Positions 16,869 to 26,340 are shown, counted from the first letter of the stretch. The stretch: 32,000 nt of DNA from Candidatus Electrothrix sp. GW3-4 (GCF_037902255.1 NZ_CP147990.1:4020001-4052000), one strand, 5' to 3'. The notes: generated by a model from the letters alone, not told the origin. Translations and numbers: made by a program.

Positions 16869-18392
16869 TTAGTTCAGGCCCTTGGTTGCTTTAAACGCAT
16901 CACCGAAAGCGGTCAGCGTTTTTCTCATTTTTTCATCCAGCTCGTTTGAGATCTCTTCTTTCTCCTGCAACTCCGCAAAAATCGAGGGCTCATTGGTCTC
17001 GATATAATTGTACAGATCCTGCTCGTAGTCAGCAAGCATATCTACTGGAAATTCGTCCAAAAAGCCTTTCGTGCCAGCAAAGATAATAGAGACCTGCTTT
17101 TCCATAGGCAGGGGCTGGTACTGGGGCTGCTTAAGGATCTCAACCAGACGCTCACCACGGGTCAGCTGGGCCTGGGTGGCGGCATCCAAATCAGAACCAA
17201 AGCCTGCAAAAGCAGCCAACTCACGATACTGGGCCAAGTCAAGACGGAGGGTACCTGCGACCTGCTTCATCGCTTTTACCTGGGCCGCACCACCAACACG
17301 AGAAACCGAGATACCGACGTTGATGGCCGGACGAACACCGGCAAAGAACAGGCTCGGTTCCAGGAAGACCTGACCGTCCGTAATGGAGATAACATTAGTG
17401 GGAATAAAGGCGGAAACGTCACCGGCCTGGGTCTCAATGATGGGCAGAGCAGTCATGGAACCGGCACCGAGTTCATCACTGACCTTGGCAGAACGCTCCA
17501 GCAAACGGGAATGGTTAAAGAAGATATCGCCCGGATAGGCCTCACGTCCCGGCGGACGACGAAGCAACAGCGACAGCTCACGATAGGCAACCGCCTGCTT
17601 GGAAAGATCATCATATATAATCAGAGAATGCTGACCGCTGTCGCGCCAGTATTCAGCCATTGCGCAGCCGACCATCGCGGAGACATACTGCATCGGCGCA
17701 GGATCAGAGGCACAGGCCGCAACCACGGTGGTGTACTCCATAGCACCATGTTTACGCAAGGCTTCAACAACCAGGGCAACGGTGGATTTCTTCTGGCCCG
17801 TGGCCACGTACACACAATGCAACCCACTGTTTTTCTGGGCGATAATGGCATCAACGCAGAGGGCAGTCTTGCCGATCTGACGATCACCGATCACCAGCTC
17901 ACGTTGTCCACGACCGACCGGGGTCATGGCATCAACTGCCTTATAGCCTGTGTAGCAGGGCTCGTGAACCCCCTTACGGGCGATAACGCCGGGCGCCAAT
18001 ACTTCCATCTTGCGGGTTTCTTTTGCCTCAATCGGTCCCTTGCCATCAATAGGTTGGCCGATACCGTCAACCACCCGGCCCTCCAGTTCCGGCCCAACTG
18101 GAACCTCGGCAATTTTCCCGGTTCGCTTGACGATGTCACCTTCTTTGATATGACGGACATCGCCCATAACCGCAACACCAACATTGTCCTCCTCCAGGTT
18201 CAGAGCGAGTCCCATGATGTTGCCGGGGAACTCAAGCAGCTCCATGGCCTGACAGTTTTCAACACCGTATACACGGGCAATACCGTCACCGACCGAAAGG
18301 ACTGTTCCGGTTTCTTTCAGATCAATATCGCTGGCATAACCGGCAATCTGATCCTTGATGATCCGACTGATTTCTGAGGCTTTGATCTGCAT
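16869..18392 (-). CDS. atpA: F1 ATP synthase subunit alpha
   Basis: 507 aa with Walker A GDRQIGKT, plus [31 protein letters not shown]. Confidence 0.98.
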   Translation of the reverse strand: MQIKASEISRIIKDQIAGYASDIDLKETGTVLSVGDGIARVYGVENCQAMELLEFPGNIMGLALNLEEDNVGVAVMGDVRHIKEGDIVKRTGKIAEVPVGPELEGRVVDGIGQPIDGKGPIEAKETRKMEVLAPGVIARKGVHEPCYTGYKAVDAMTPVGRGQRELVIGDRQIGKTALCVDAIIAQKNSGLHCVYVATGQKKSTVALVVEALRKHGAMEYTTVVAACASDPAPMQYVSAMVGCAMAEYWRDSGQHSLIIYDDLSKQAVAYRELSLLLRRPPGREAYPGDIFFNHSRLLERSAKVSDELGAGSMTALPIIETQAGDVSAFIPTNVISITDGQVFLEPSLFFAGVRPAINVGISVSRVGGAAQVKAMKQVAGTLRLDLAQYRELAAFAGFGSDLDAATQAQLTRGERLVEILKQPQYQPLPMEKQVSIIFAGTKGFLDEFPVDMLADYEQDLYNYIETNEPSIFAELQEKEEISNELDEKMRKTLTAFGDAFKATKGLN

Positions 18393-18396
18393 CTGA

Positions 18397-18945
18397 CTAT
18401 TCTCTCCCCTTGATAGATTCTTTTAATCCATTAAGTTGTGTTCTAATACTTCCGTCCAACACCAGATCGCCGACTCTGGCTATCATACCACCGATAATCG
18501 AGGGATCAACCTGTGTTTCAAGAATTACCTTGTGCCCTGTAATTTCTTCCATTTTCGCCTGAATCTTGCCGAGCAGCACGTCATCAAGCTCTATTGCCGA
18601 GGTGACACGACCATGACTGATATTCTTTTCAAGGTCAAGCAGCTCACAAATTTGCTCCGCGACTTCCCGCAGCACGTCAATCCGTTTCCGCTCCACCAGC
18701 AGATTAAGGAAGGCGATCATCAGGGCATCCGCGCCTGCGGCCTCTGCAATCGCGGTCATAACCTTATGCCTGGCCTCGAGTGGATAAAGGGGGTTGACAA
18801 GGGTTTCAGCAACCTCAAGTTCGGGATCATCAAAGAGATCAGCAATGGTGCTCAGCGTCTCTGCGTAGCTGTCAACTGTCCCGTTTTCCTGCCCGAGTCG
18901 AAAAATAGCCCTGGCATACCGCTTTGCTATAACTGTCTGTTTCAC
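18397..18945 (-). CDS. atpH: F1 ATP synthase subunit delta (OSCP)
   Basis: 182 aa: [10 protein letters not shown] and [20 protein letters not shown]. The position between atpF and atpA fits. Confidence 0.88.
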   Translation of the reverse strand: MKQTVIAKRYARAIFRLGQENGTVDSYAETLSTIADLFDDPELEVAETLVNPLYPLEARHKVMTAIAEAAGADALMIAFLNLLVERKRIDVLREVAEQICELLDLEKNISHGRVTSAIELDDVLLGKIQAKMEEITGHKVILETQVDPSIIGGMIARVGDLVLDGSIRTQLNGLKESIKGRE

Positions 18946-19733
18946 TGTACCGCACCCACACGTTCAAGATACTGTTCAGTGATCGTCACCTGATCTTCCG
19001 GGGTCAGGTTCTTGACGATCAACTCCTCGGCCATGACAACAGCCTGCTCTGCAATCTCTGCCTGCAAGGAGCTCTTTGCCTGGGCAAGCGTTCCCTGGAC
19101 TGCGGCTTCAGCCTGACGCTGTATATCCTTTGCTGCGGCCTCCGCCTCGGCAAGGATTCTGGCTTTCTCATCCTCAGCCCTTGCTTTGGCTTTTTCAACA
19201 AGCTCTGCCATTTCGTCTTCCATGCTAACCAAACGCGACTCAAAGGCCTTGTAGGACTTTTCCGCCTCGTCACGCCTTACCTGCATGGTCTCCAATTCAT
19301 CCTGAATCTCCCGTCGTCTGCCCCCTAGACTTACTGCAATGGGTTGAGCAAGAAACTTGACCAGGAGAAAAACCAGGGCGGCAAAATTCATAGCCCGCCA
19401 AAAAAGATCTTTCAGCTTTGCCCCAGTCACCATTGGCGCACTATGTTCACCATCTCCTTCTCCGTGCCCAGCAGCATGCTCATCATGATCATTGGTTCCC
19501 CCGGTTACATGCTCTGCTCCCCCATGTGCTTCCAGAGCAGCATAGCCAGTATCAGGTTCACCCGCAGTCGCATGAACAACCTGCTGCTCTGCACGCTGTT
19601 CATGCACAGCAGCCTGCTCAACAGGATGCCCCTCTTCGCCATGCTCTTGGGCAAAGGACGGGGACAACATCCCCCCACACAAGCCGACAGCGAACAATAG
19701 AGGAACTATCTTCTTCGTACTTCGAGCTTTCAT
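18942..19733 (-). CDS. atpF: Fo ATP synthase subunit b with an N-terminal signal peptide and a His-rich acidic extension of about 70 aa
   Basis: 263 aa. Residues from about 105 onward form a normal b subunit (TM helix LFWRAMNFAALVFLLVKFL followed by a long Ala/Glu-rich helix). The start ATG overlaps the stop of the upstream b' gene (GCATGAAAGCT), which argues for translational coupling at M1. Confidence 0.82.
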   Translation of the reverse strand: MKARSTKKIVPLLFAVGLCGGMLSPSFAQEHGEEGHPVEQAAVHEQRAEQQVVHATAGEPDTGYAALEAHGGAEHVTGGTNDHDEHAAGHGEGDGEHSAPMVTGAKLKDLFWRAMNFAALVFLLVKFLAQPIAVSLGGRRREIQDELETMQVRRDEAEKSYKAFESRLVSMEDEMAELVEKAKARAEDEKARILAEAEAAAKDIQRQAEAAVQGTLAQAKSSLQAEIAEQAVVMAEELIVKNLTPEDQVTITEQYLERVGAVQ

Positions 19734-20161
19734 GCTTCCAGACTCCTTCCCAGTATTTTTGAGGCCATCTCTTGGGCAAATACTTCCATGCTACCCAATA
19801 ACTCTTTGCGGGTTTCCTCAAACTCGGCCTGCACTTCAGCAAGCTGTTTCTCCTTATCGCCCTCTGCTTTCTGACGAACAACAGCCAGCTTGTCAACACC
19901 TGCCTTTGCCGCCTGATTTCTGGCCGCATCTAAGGCGTCCTTGGCTTTCGCTGAAGCCTCCCGCATTTTCCTATCCACTTCCGCCTGGCGATCCTTGGCG
20001 TTTCGCTCGTATCTTTCAACGTCATTACTCAAGAGGTCCAGCTCATCCTGCCTTTTTTCTATAATCTCAATAATGGGCTTGTACAGGATCTTGTTCAGAA
20101 TGAACATTAAAGCGATCATATTAATAATGTGAATGAGCACTGTGATATCAATTGAAATCAT
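19730..20161 (-). CDS. atpF2: Fo ATP synthase subunit b'
   Basis: ORF trimmed to ATG 20161 (SD AGGAG 7 nt upstream), giving 143 aa. One N-terminal TM helix is followed by a charged coiled helix. Confidence 0.75.
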   Translation of the reverse strand: MISIDITVLIHIINMIALMFILNKILYKPIIEIIEKRQDELDLLSNDVERYERNAKDRQAEVDRKMREASAKAKDALDAARNQAAKAGVDKLAVVRQKAEGDKEKQLAEVQAEFEETRKELLGSMEVFAQEMASKILGRSLEA

Positions 20162-20675
20162 ATAACCACTCCTGAGACGCTTGAAAAAAAGTTTTATTTT
20201 AAACAAAATTGAAAACAAATTGAACAAAGGTAAGAGCTTTACAAAAATTACACCCTTCTGTCAAATATTTTTTCTTTTGCCCCCCCTCCCGCCTCGAGCT
20301 TGTCAATAAAAAATTTCGGCGTTTTTTTTTCTCTTTTCTCCCCCTGTTAGATGCTTGGCAAGACAAGGGAGACAGTGGTCCCTTCACGCAAAGAGAAAGA
20401 AAGAAAATATTCATTCAAAACGGGCATCAGGAAACAACACCTCGCAGAAATTTAAACCCGATATGTAACCTTTTATCCCAACAAAGGGACCCGAAGTTCG
20501 AAGAAAAAATGATCGCCAGTTAAGGAGGGAGGCATGAGGAGATGTTGTGGGTAAAGTCTTGTCTGATCCGGCTCAACTCTTTAAGAGCGTGCTCTTCTTT
20601 AACCCACTAACTTTTCAGAAAAGATATGCACCCAGCCCAGGGAACAAGGTGCCACACATGAGGCATTTGGTCTAA

Positions 20676-21116
20676 TTACGGTGCATTAAAGAGCTGTTGA
20701 ATATTTTTTTTACTGCTGGCTTGGAGAAATTTATTCCTGTTGCTCTCACTATTCATCAGTTTACTGACCCTAGCCAAGGTTTGCAGATACTCCTCAGCCA
20801 TATTTATGGGCGAAAGAATCATCACAACAAGATGAACCGGCTTATTATCCTTTGCCTCAAATCCGATCCCCTTTGTCGACCTGCCAAAGCAGACCAGGCA
20901 TTGCTCTAGCCCATGCAATTTTCCATGCGGAATCGCCACCCCATTTCCCACACCGGTTGACCCGAGCTGCTCCCGCTCCATCAGCACCTGCAATATGGTC
21001 TCTGCATGCAGTTCTGGATCCTTTTTTTGGGCAACACCTGCCATTTCTCCAAGAAGGCCTTCTTTATTGGTCGATTCTAATTCAAGGACTATGCATGGTT
21101 CTGTGAGCTCTATCAT
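20676..21116 (-). CDS. ptsN: PTS IIA-like nitrogen regulatory protein PtsN (EIIA-Ntr)
   Basis: 146 aa with phosphorylation-site context GNGVAIPHGKL. It lies downstream of rpoN. Confidence 0.85.
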   Translation of the reverse strand: MIELTEPCIVLELESTNKEGLLGEMAGVAQKKDPELHAETILQVLMEREQLGSTGVGNGVAIPHGKLHGLEQCLVCFGRSTKGIGFEAKDNKPVHLVVMILSPINMAEEYLQTLARVSKLMNSESNRNKFLQASSKKNIQQLFNAP

Positions 21117-21197
21117 CTTTTTCTCAACTGTTCCTTTCCCGCAGGGATAGCCTATTTTTTCTTTTTTTGTTGTCCCGGTCCGCTGGGATGCGAGTTA

Positions 21198-21232
21198 TAA
21201 AAAAAATCTCCCACTCCAAATGGGATGGGAGA
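21198..21232 (-). terminator. rho-independent terminator between rpoN and ptsN
   Basis: Minus-strand hairpin UCUCCCAUCCC-auuu-GGAGUGGGAGA followed by U8. Confidence 0.7.
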
Positions 21233-21302
21233 AAAACTTCTTTTAATTACGAAATACTACAAAAATCGCTCTATTATTAGAGCAGAGCTCAATGTTTCTA
21301 TA

Positions 21303-22754
21303 TCAGCGACTCTTGCGACGATGCTTAACCGGGAGAATTTTCATTTGATCCCTGTACTTTGCCACTGTTCTCCGGGCAACTTTCACCCCTTCCTTCTTTA
21401 ACAGTTCGGAAATGGCATTATCGCTGAGGGGTTTTTCTGGAGCTTCCTGCTGGACAAGCTGCCTGATACGATTTTTTATTGCCTCAGAGGCAACTAAATT
21501 TCCGTCAGTTGTCGAGACTGCACTAGAGAAAAAATACTTCAGTTCATACAGCCCTTGAGGGGTATGAACATATTTATTTGAGGTAATCCGACTGACTGTG
21601 GATTCATGAAGTCCGATATCCTTGGCGACATCATTGAGAACAAGCGGATTGAGATGCCCCGGCCCTTTTTCAAAAAAATCATGTTGAAACTTAAGCAAGC
21701 TTCTCATGACCTTATAGATTGAATTTTGCCGATAATGAACCGAATTGATAAAATTCTGGGCATGCCGCTTCTGCTCTGTCAAATACCCCTTGGAGTCAGC
21801 CCCCATCTTATCCTTATCCTTGATAAATTCCTGGTATTCTGGCGAAATCTGCAATTGGGGTAAGCCATCGTTGTTGAGCTGGATAATGAACTCGCCATCC
21901 AGCTTGTACAAATACACATCAGGAACAACATAGTTGGTCTGTTCATTACTATACTCATTACCAGGGTATGGGTTTAATGAGGTAATAACACTGAAGGCAT
22001 TGCGGACCTCGCGAGCAGTATAATCTATCTTTGCCGCAATCTTGGTAAAATTATGGGTCTGCAATTCGTCGAGATGCTCAGACACGAGCAGGTAGGCCAA
22101 ATCATCCTCCATGCCCTCTCTTTCCAGCTGCAGCAAGAGCGACTCACGTAAGTCCCGTGCTGCTACCCCAGGCGGATCAAGGCTCTGCACCAAACGTAAC
22201 ATCCCCTCAGCCTCTTCGGTGCTACAGTCTGCATATCCACAGATATGCTCAATTGAGGCCTCGAAGAGGCCATGCCCGTTCAGATTACCCAGAATAAAGA
22301 CAGCGATATCTTCGTCTTTTTTGTCAAGCTTAATATGCGAAAGTTGCCATTCCAGAAAGGAAAGGAGGCCAGGAGCGGCAGAGATAAAATCGAACTGTGA
22401 CGGGGCATCAGCAGGAGGGGCTTCCCTGGCAAAAGAAAAATCAGAATCAAAATTATTAGAGTAATCTTCCCAATCAACCTCGGCTACGGTCTTGGGATCA
22501 TCTCCAGACACCTGGGAAGTAGCTGCCACCTCCGCAGTCACCTTAACCTCTTCTGCGGATAATGCATCAGGATTACTCACTGTTTCCTGAATACCGACCA
22601 CTTCTTCCAGCATGGGGTTCTGGGCCATTTCTTCGTGCAGTGCATTGGTTAATTCCAAGCGATTCAGCTGCAGAAGTTTAATAGCCTGACGCAGCTGCTG
22701 CGTCATAACCAACTTTTGGGAAAGTTTTACTTGCTGTCGGAGTTCAAGACTCAT
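21303..22754 (-). CDS. rpoN: RNA polymerase sigma-54 factor
   Basis: 483 aa: an N-terminal Gln/Leu-rich region I (LRQQVKLSQKLVMTQQLRQAIKLLQL) and a C-terminal RpoN box ARRTVAKYR. Confidence 0.96.
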   Translation of the reverse strand: MSLELRQQVKLSQKLVMTQQLRQAIKLLQLNRLELTNALHEEMAQNPMLEEVVGIQETVSNPDALSAEEVKVTAEVAATSQVSGDDPKTVAEVDWEDYSNNFDSDFSFAREAPPADAPSQFDFISAAPGLLSFLEWQLSHIKLDKKDEDIAVFILGNLNGHGLFEASIEHICGYADCSTEEAEGMLRLVQSLDPPGVAARDLRESLLLQLEREGMEDDLAYLLVSEHLDELQTHNFTKIAAKIDYTAREVRNAFSVITSLNPYPGNEYSNEQTNYVVPDVYLYKLDGEFIIQLNNDGLPQLQISPEYQEFIKDKDKMGADSKGYLTEQKRHAQNFINSVHYRQNSIYKVMRSLLKFQHDFFEKGPGHLNPLVLNDVAKDIGLHESTVSRITSNKYVHTPQGLYELKYFFSSAVSTTDGNLVASEAIKNRIRQLVQQEAPEKPLSDNAISELLKKEGVKVARRTVAKYRDQMKILPVKHRRKSR

Positions 22755-22796
22755 TGATAAAAAAACATAAAATGTATGCCATTACTGCGGCCTGCC

Positions 22797-23528
22797 TCAC
22801 ATAGTAAAATTTTCACCAAGATACATCTTCTTAGCCAATTCACTCTGAATAATATCATCGGCAGCACCGCTGGTAAGAATTTGCCCTGCATTCATTATAT
22901 AGGCGAAATCGCATACCTGCAATGTTTCTCGAACATTATGATCTGAAATTAAAACTCCCAGCCCTTTTGCCTTCAGTCCCCGAATAATCTGCTGCAGATC
23001 AGCAACGGAAAGGGGATCAACTCCGGCAAAGGGCTCATCAAGCAGAATAAAACGAGGCCGGGTGGCCAGGGCTCGCATAATTTCCACCCTTCTCCGCTCA
23101 CCACCAGAAAGCGCATGCCCTTTATTTTTGGCCAGATACTCAATCTTGAGCTCTGCCATCAACTCATTAATACGATTATTAATTTCGTTACGAGTAAGTC
23201 CCAGTGGCTCCAGAACGATCCGAACGTTTTCTTCAACCGTCAATTTTTTAAAGACCGACGGTTCCTGTGCCAAATAGGTAATCCCCCTGGACGCACGTCG
23301 ATGAATAGGAAGCCCCTGAATTTCTCTCCTGTCAAGAAAGATGGATCCCGATGTTGGTCGGATAAAACCGACTATAGAATAGAAAGTAGTCGTCTTGCCT
23401 GCACCATTTGGCCCCAGCAACCCTACAATAGAGCCGTTCTGCACTTGCAGGTTTACCTGATCCACCACTCGGCGAGCGCGATACTCCTTAACCAGATTCC
23501 TGGTTTCCAGGATAGAGACGGGTTCCAT
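22797..23528 (-). CDS. lptB: LPS export ABC transporter ATP-binding protein
   Basis: 243 aa with Walker A GPNGAGKTT, signature LSGGERRR and Walker B FILLDEP. It sits in the lptA-lptB-rpoN context. Confidence 0.93.
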   Translation of the reverse strand: MEPVSILETRNLVKEYRARRVVDQVNLQVQNGSIVGLLGPNGAGKTTTFYSIVGFIRPTSGSIFLDRREIQGLPIHRRASRGITYLAQEPSVFKKLTVEENVRIVLEPLGLTRNEINNRINELMAELKIEYLAKNKGHALSGGERRRVEIMRALATRPRFILLDEPFAGVDPLSVADLQQIIRGLKAKGLGVLISDHNVRETLQVCDFAYIMNAGQILTSGAADDIIQSELAKKMYLGENFTM

Positions 23529-24082
23529 TATTTCTTGTTGTCGTCAGAGTTCGGAACGATTGTTGCTTTAACCCGCCCCTGTTTTTTGCCTTTCCCCACA
23601 ACGGCTTCAGATCGTTCGACCTCTGAACGTTTTTCATCAAGAAAATAGGTAATGGTTTTTCCAGACACCATATTCTTCCCCTGCCAGGCCTTGGCGTTGC
23701 CGTAGAGGATCACCTTACGTGCATCGGCAAAATACTCCATCCGATCCCCTGTACCAAGCCAGTCATCCTGGGTAACCTTGACCTTGCCGACACAGATCAT
23801 CTTCTTCACCTGACGGGTCTGATCTTTCGGTTTCTTGGGATCATTAGGCTGATAGTAAATCGTCATTTCATCGGTGCGGATGGTTACCTTCCCCTGGCTC
23901 GCATCAACATTGCCAATAAAAACCACAGAGTTCTTCTCTTCCTGAGAAATCATGCGGTCCGCTTCGATATTAATAGGATCATCATCACCTTGACAAAGTC
24001 CCGTGTTGGTAGTCAGCAGAAGCATACCGAAGAGAAGAGCCACCAGGAAATTTTTTCGAGATGGCGATAAAAACAAACGCAT
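23528..24082 (-). CDS. lptA: LptA/OstA-family periplasmic LPS transport protein
   Basis: 184 aa with a signal peptide and an OstA-like beta-rich body. Its stop overlaps the lptB start. Confidence 0.72.
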   Translation of the reverse strand: MRLFLSPSRKNFLVALLFGMLLLTTNTGLCQGDDDPINIEADRMISQEEKNSVVFIGNVDASQGKVTIRTDEMTIYYQPNDPKKPKDQTRQVKKMICVGKVKVTQDDWLGTGDRMEYFADARKVILYGNAKAWQGKNMVSGKTITYFLDEKRSEVERSEAVVGKGKKQGRVKATIVPNSDDNKK

Positions 24083-24157
24083 TATTTTATACCTCTAAAG
24101 ATTTTTTCTTTTGAAACAGACAAAGATACTCTTGGTCAGAAATCAAACTTCGCTCAA

Positions 24158-24203
24158 ACAAAAAAACAGGAATCTTTCCGTTATGCCGGAATGATTCCTG
24201 TTT
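24158..24203 (-). terminator. rho-independent terminator after the MetV-like gene
   Basis: Minus-strand stem AACAGGAAUC-a-UUCCG-gcauaa-CGGAA-a-GAUUCCUGUU followed by UUUUUG. It separates the redox trio from lptA. Confidence 0.8.
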
Positions 24204-24238
24204 GTCAACAAAAATTCCTGGTCGTTTGCTTACAACAG

Positions 24239-24907
24239 TTACACCGTCAGATCCTCTCTGACCTGTTTGCGGGGGCCGCCATGTCCTGCTGTCGACCAAT
24301 CACGAATAGGAGCTGATACGGTCATTTCCTCCTGCCGTTGCAGACGTCCCATCCGATCATAGATGTTCTGCCATACACAATCGACCTCGGAGTGAATCTC
24401 ACAGCGTCCATCCACAGAGCCGCCACAGGGGCCGTTCATCAAGTTCTTTGCGCAGCGGGCCACCGGGCACAGACCGCCTGTCAGATGCAGAACGCAGTCG
24501 CCGCAGCCAGCGCATTGCTCAGTCCAGACCCCCTGCTCAGCAGAACCGCCGAAAAAGGTGGTATTCAATGCGGGAAAAACATTATCCTCTGGACGCAGAT
24601 TTGCGATAAAATTGACGCCAACGCCACAGGCTGTGGAAACAATCGCATCGTATTGCCCTTTGAACTGATCAATGCTATCTATATATTCTTTATCGCATTG
24701 ACGAACCAGGGAAGCGTCAAAGACCTCTGCGCTCTTCCCTGCCTTTTTCAGGCCGAGCCGAATGAGCGAGGCCAGGATCTCGGCCTCCCGCTCTCCACCT
24801 GCGGAGCAGACTGTTACGCAGCCTCGACAGGCCAGCACCAGGATTTTCTTACAATCCTGAATCATCTCTATTATTTCAGCCAAAGGCTTCCGTTCAGCAA
24901 TAATCAT
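24239..24907 (-). CDS. MetV-like protein (methylenetetrahydrofolate reductase C-terminal, MTHFR_C, domain)
   Basis: 222 aa with Cys-rich signatures LACRGCVTVCSAGG and CAGCGDCVLHLTGGLCPVARCAKNLMNGPCGGS, typical of the zinc-ribbon-like MTHFR_C family. Confidence 0.7.
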   Translation of the reverse strand: MIIAERKPLAEIIEMIQDCKKILVLACRGCVTVCSAGGEREAEILASLIRLGLKKAGKSAEVFDASLVRQCDKEYIDSIDQFKGQYDAIVSTACGVGVNFIANLRPEDNVFPALNTTFFGGSAEQGVWTEQCAGCGDCVLHLTGGLCPVARCAKNLMNGPCGGSVDGRCEIHSEVDCVWQNIYDRMGRLQRQEEMTVSAPIRDWSTAGHGGPRKQVREDLTV

Positions 24908-24984
24908 ATGGAACTCCCGGATAAAGCAGGGGTTAGTAAAATCAGATAGAAGTTATTGTCGTGCAACAGCTACTCTGCCTTTCC

Positions 24985-25392
24985 TTAAAAAGGAGACGGC
25001 CCCAATTCGGTAACTTGATCATTCATTTCCTGAGCAACATCAACAAATTCCGGATGTAACCCGCGTGGCAGAAAGAACATCTTTGCCCGCTCCTCTTCCA
25101 CGCCAAGCTCGCTCAAGGCTGAGCGCACAGCTTCCACACGCTTGGCAGCCCGTTGGCTCCCTCGCACGTTGTGACACCCTTCAGCGGGACAACCAACCAC
25201 ATATACACCATCGGCTCCGTCTTCAAATGCCTTGAGCAGCGTAATTTCCTCCAGTTTTCCTGTACAGACAACCCGGGTCATCTTGACATTTTCAGGAAAA
25301 TTGAGCTGGTTCAGCTCACGGCCTTCATCGGCGCAGCTTTGTTGAGAGGTATAATGGCAACTGAATAAGCGTATGTCCGGGATAAAACTCAT
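24985..25392 (-). CDS. mvhD: MvhD/FlpD-family iron-sulfur protein
   Basis: 135 aa: FSCHYTS, VVCTGKLE, LKAFEDGADGVYVVGCPAEGCHNVRGSQRAAKR. Confidence 0.75.
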   Translation of the reverse strand: MSFIPDIRLFSCHYTSQQSCADEGRELNQLNFPENVKMTRVVCTGKLEEITLLKAFEDGADGVYVVGCPAEGCHNVRGSQRAAKRVEAVRSALSELGVEEERAKMFFLPRGLHPEFVDVAQEMNDQVTELGPSPF

Positions 25393-25410
25393 CTAATCCG
25401 CTCCATATTA

Positions 25411-25974
25411 TTAGTTATTTCCGCAGGCGGCGATCAGTCGCTCGTCCTCGGATTCGTTCAAGGTAATGGCTTGCGCAGGACATTCTGCAACACAGATGCC
25501 GCAGGCCTTACAATCCGTCACCGCAATCGCGGCAACTCCGCTCTCATCAATCTTGGCCACTTCCCACGGACAGACCCGGACACAGGTCAGGCAGGAGACA
25601 CAGAGATCACGCTGGACCTGGGCAGCCTTGCCCTTTTCCACCAGCTGCTCCTCAGTAATATAGCCTTTTTTCAGGGCCAAGTTGGCCAGGGTCCCCATGA
25701 TATCGGCAAAACTCACATCCTGTGGACAGACAAACACACAACTCCGGCATCCAGAACAATACCAAAGCAAATCGGAGTTCAGTAAACGCTCCTCCATGCC
25801 CATACGAACCATGTGGATGATTTTTCGGGGATCAAAATCAGGAACAGCCTGACTGACCGGGCAGGCACCGGAACAGGCACCACAGGAAAAACAGGAGTTC
25901 AGATGCTGGCCACCGGGTTCTGCAACCACTTCAGCACCGAATCCAGGATTGATTTCAAATGTTTTTTTTGACAT
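25411..25974 (-). CDS. polyferredoxin with four 4Fe-4S motifs (HdrC-like N-terminal half plus 2x[4Fe-4S] C-terminal half)
   Basis: 187 aa with CFSCGACSGACP, CSGCRSCVFVCP, CVSCLTCVRVCP and CKACGICVAECP. Confidence 0.78.
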   Translation of the reverse strand: MSKKTFEINPGFGAEVVAEPGGQHLNSCFSCGACSGACPVSQAVPDFDPRKIIHMVRMGMEERLLNSDLLWYCSGCRSCVFVCPQDVSFADIMGTLANLALKKGYITEEQLVEKGKAAQVQRDLCVSCLTCVRVCPWEVAKIDESGVAAIAVTDCKACGICVAECPAQAITLNESEDERLIAACGNN

Positions 25975-26271
25975 ACCATCACCACATTGAGCAATTATGT
26001 TCTCTGATTATTATGTCCCAGCAGACCGAACGAGCACTGAATCAAAAAACGGTAGGAGTACTAAATGACAACTGAAGCAAGAAACGCTGATACATTGACA
26101 AGCTCTGCTACACCTCTGCTACACTATAGGCCAATATAAATATCCCATTTTTGTCATTTTGTCAACGGAACCGTTCAGCATAGTACGATTGGCCAGAAAA
26201 CATTCCAGGATTCCTTATTTTCTGGCATCCCAACGGCTTTTTAACTCTACAGTCGTAAGTTCTCGGCTGAC

Positions 26272-26340
26272 TTGCTGAGATTGTAAAACGATCATATAAT
26301 CATAGGCTTCTTCAAAAAAAGAAGCGGTGATTATATGATC
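26272..26340 (+). promoter_or_regulatory. IS-internal promoter plus start-codon-sequestering hairpin
   Basis: TTGCTG (26272-26277), N17, TATAAT (26295-26300). The 13-bp perfect arms GATCATATAATCA (26290-26302) and TGATTATATGATC (26328-26340) pair, and the right arm contains the transposase ATG (26335). Confidence 0.5.

Noticed and set aside
20524-20554. Perfect SD (AAGGAGG) plus ATG opening a 6-codon ORF (MRRCCG) on the plus strand in the ptsN-atp spacer
   Set aside because: The ORF is too short to evaluate and points into the 3' end of ptsN. The purine tract may instead matter as its complement (CCUCCCUCCUU) in a minus-strand leader, but I have no evidence for either reading.
21117-21302. 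Expected hpf (ribosome hibernation factor) gene between rpoN and ptsN
   Set aside because: No ORF of any length is present. The gap holds an intrinsic terminator (21198-21232) instead. It is noted as absence only.
24087-24299. 70-aa ORF upstream of lptA that might have been a short LptC
   Set aside because: It overlaps the 3' end of the MetV-like gene and spans a strong terminator. It has no TM anchor or OstA-like sequence. lptC is simply not adjacent here.
26151-26164. TTGTCA-tttt-GTCA direct repeat resembling Pho-box half-sites (CTGTCA)
   Set aside because: The repeat period is 8 bp, not 11 bp. It does not resemble the GTTAG sites found at the pho locus of this same window.
26222-26237. 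Sigma-54-like -24/-12 element TGGCAT-N5-CGGC immediately left of the IS insertion point, pointing toward the PilZ gene
   Set aside because: Only the GG-N10-GC skeleton and TGGCA match, and the -12 TTGC is replaced by CGGC. A match of this quality is expected a few times by chance in 64 kb of two-strand sequence. It is worth remembering only if an enhancer-binding-protein site turns up upstream.
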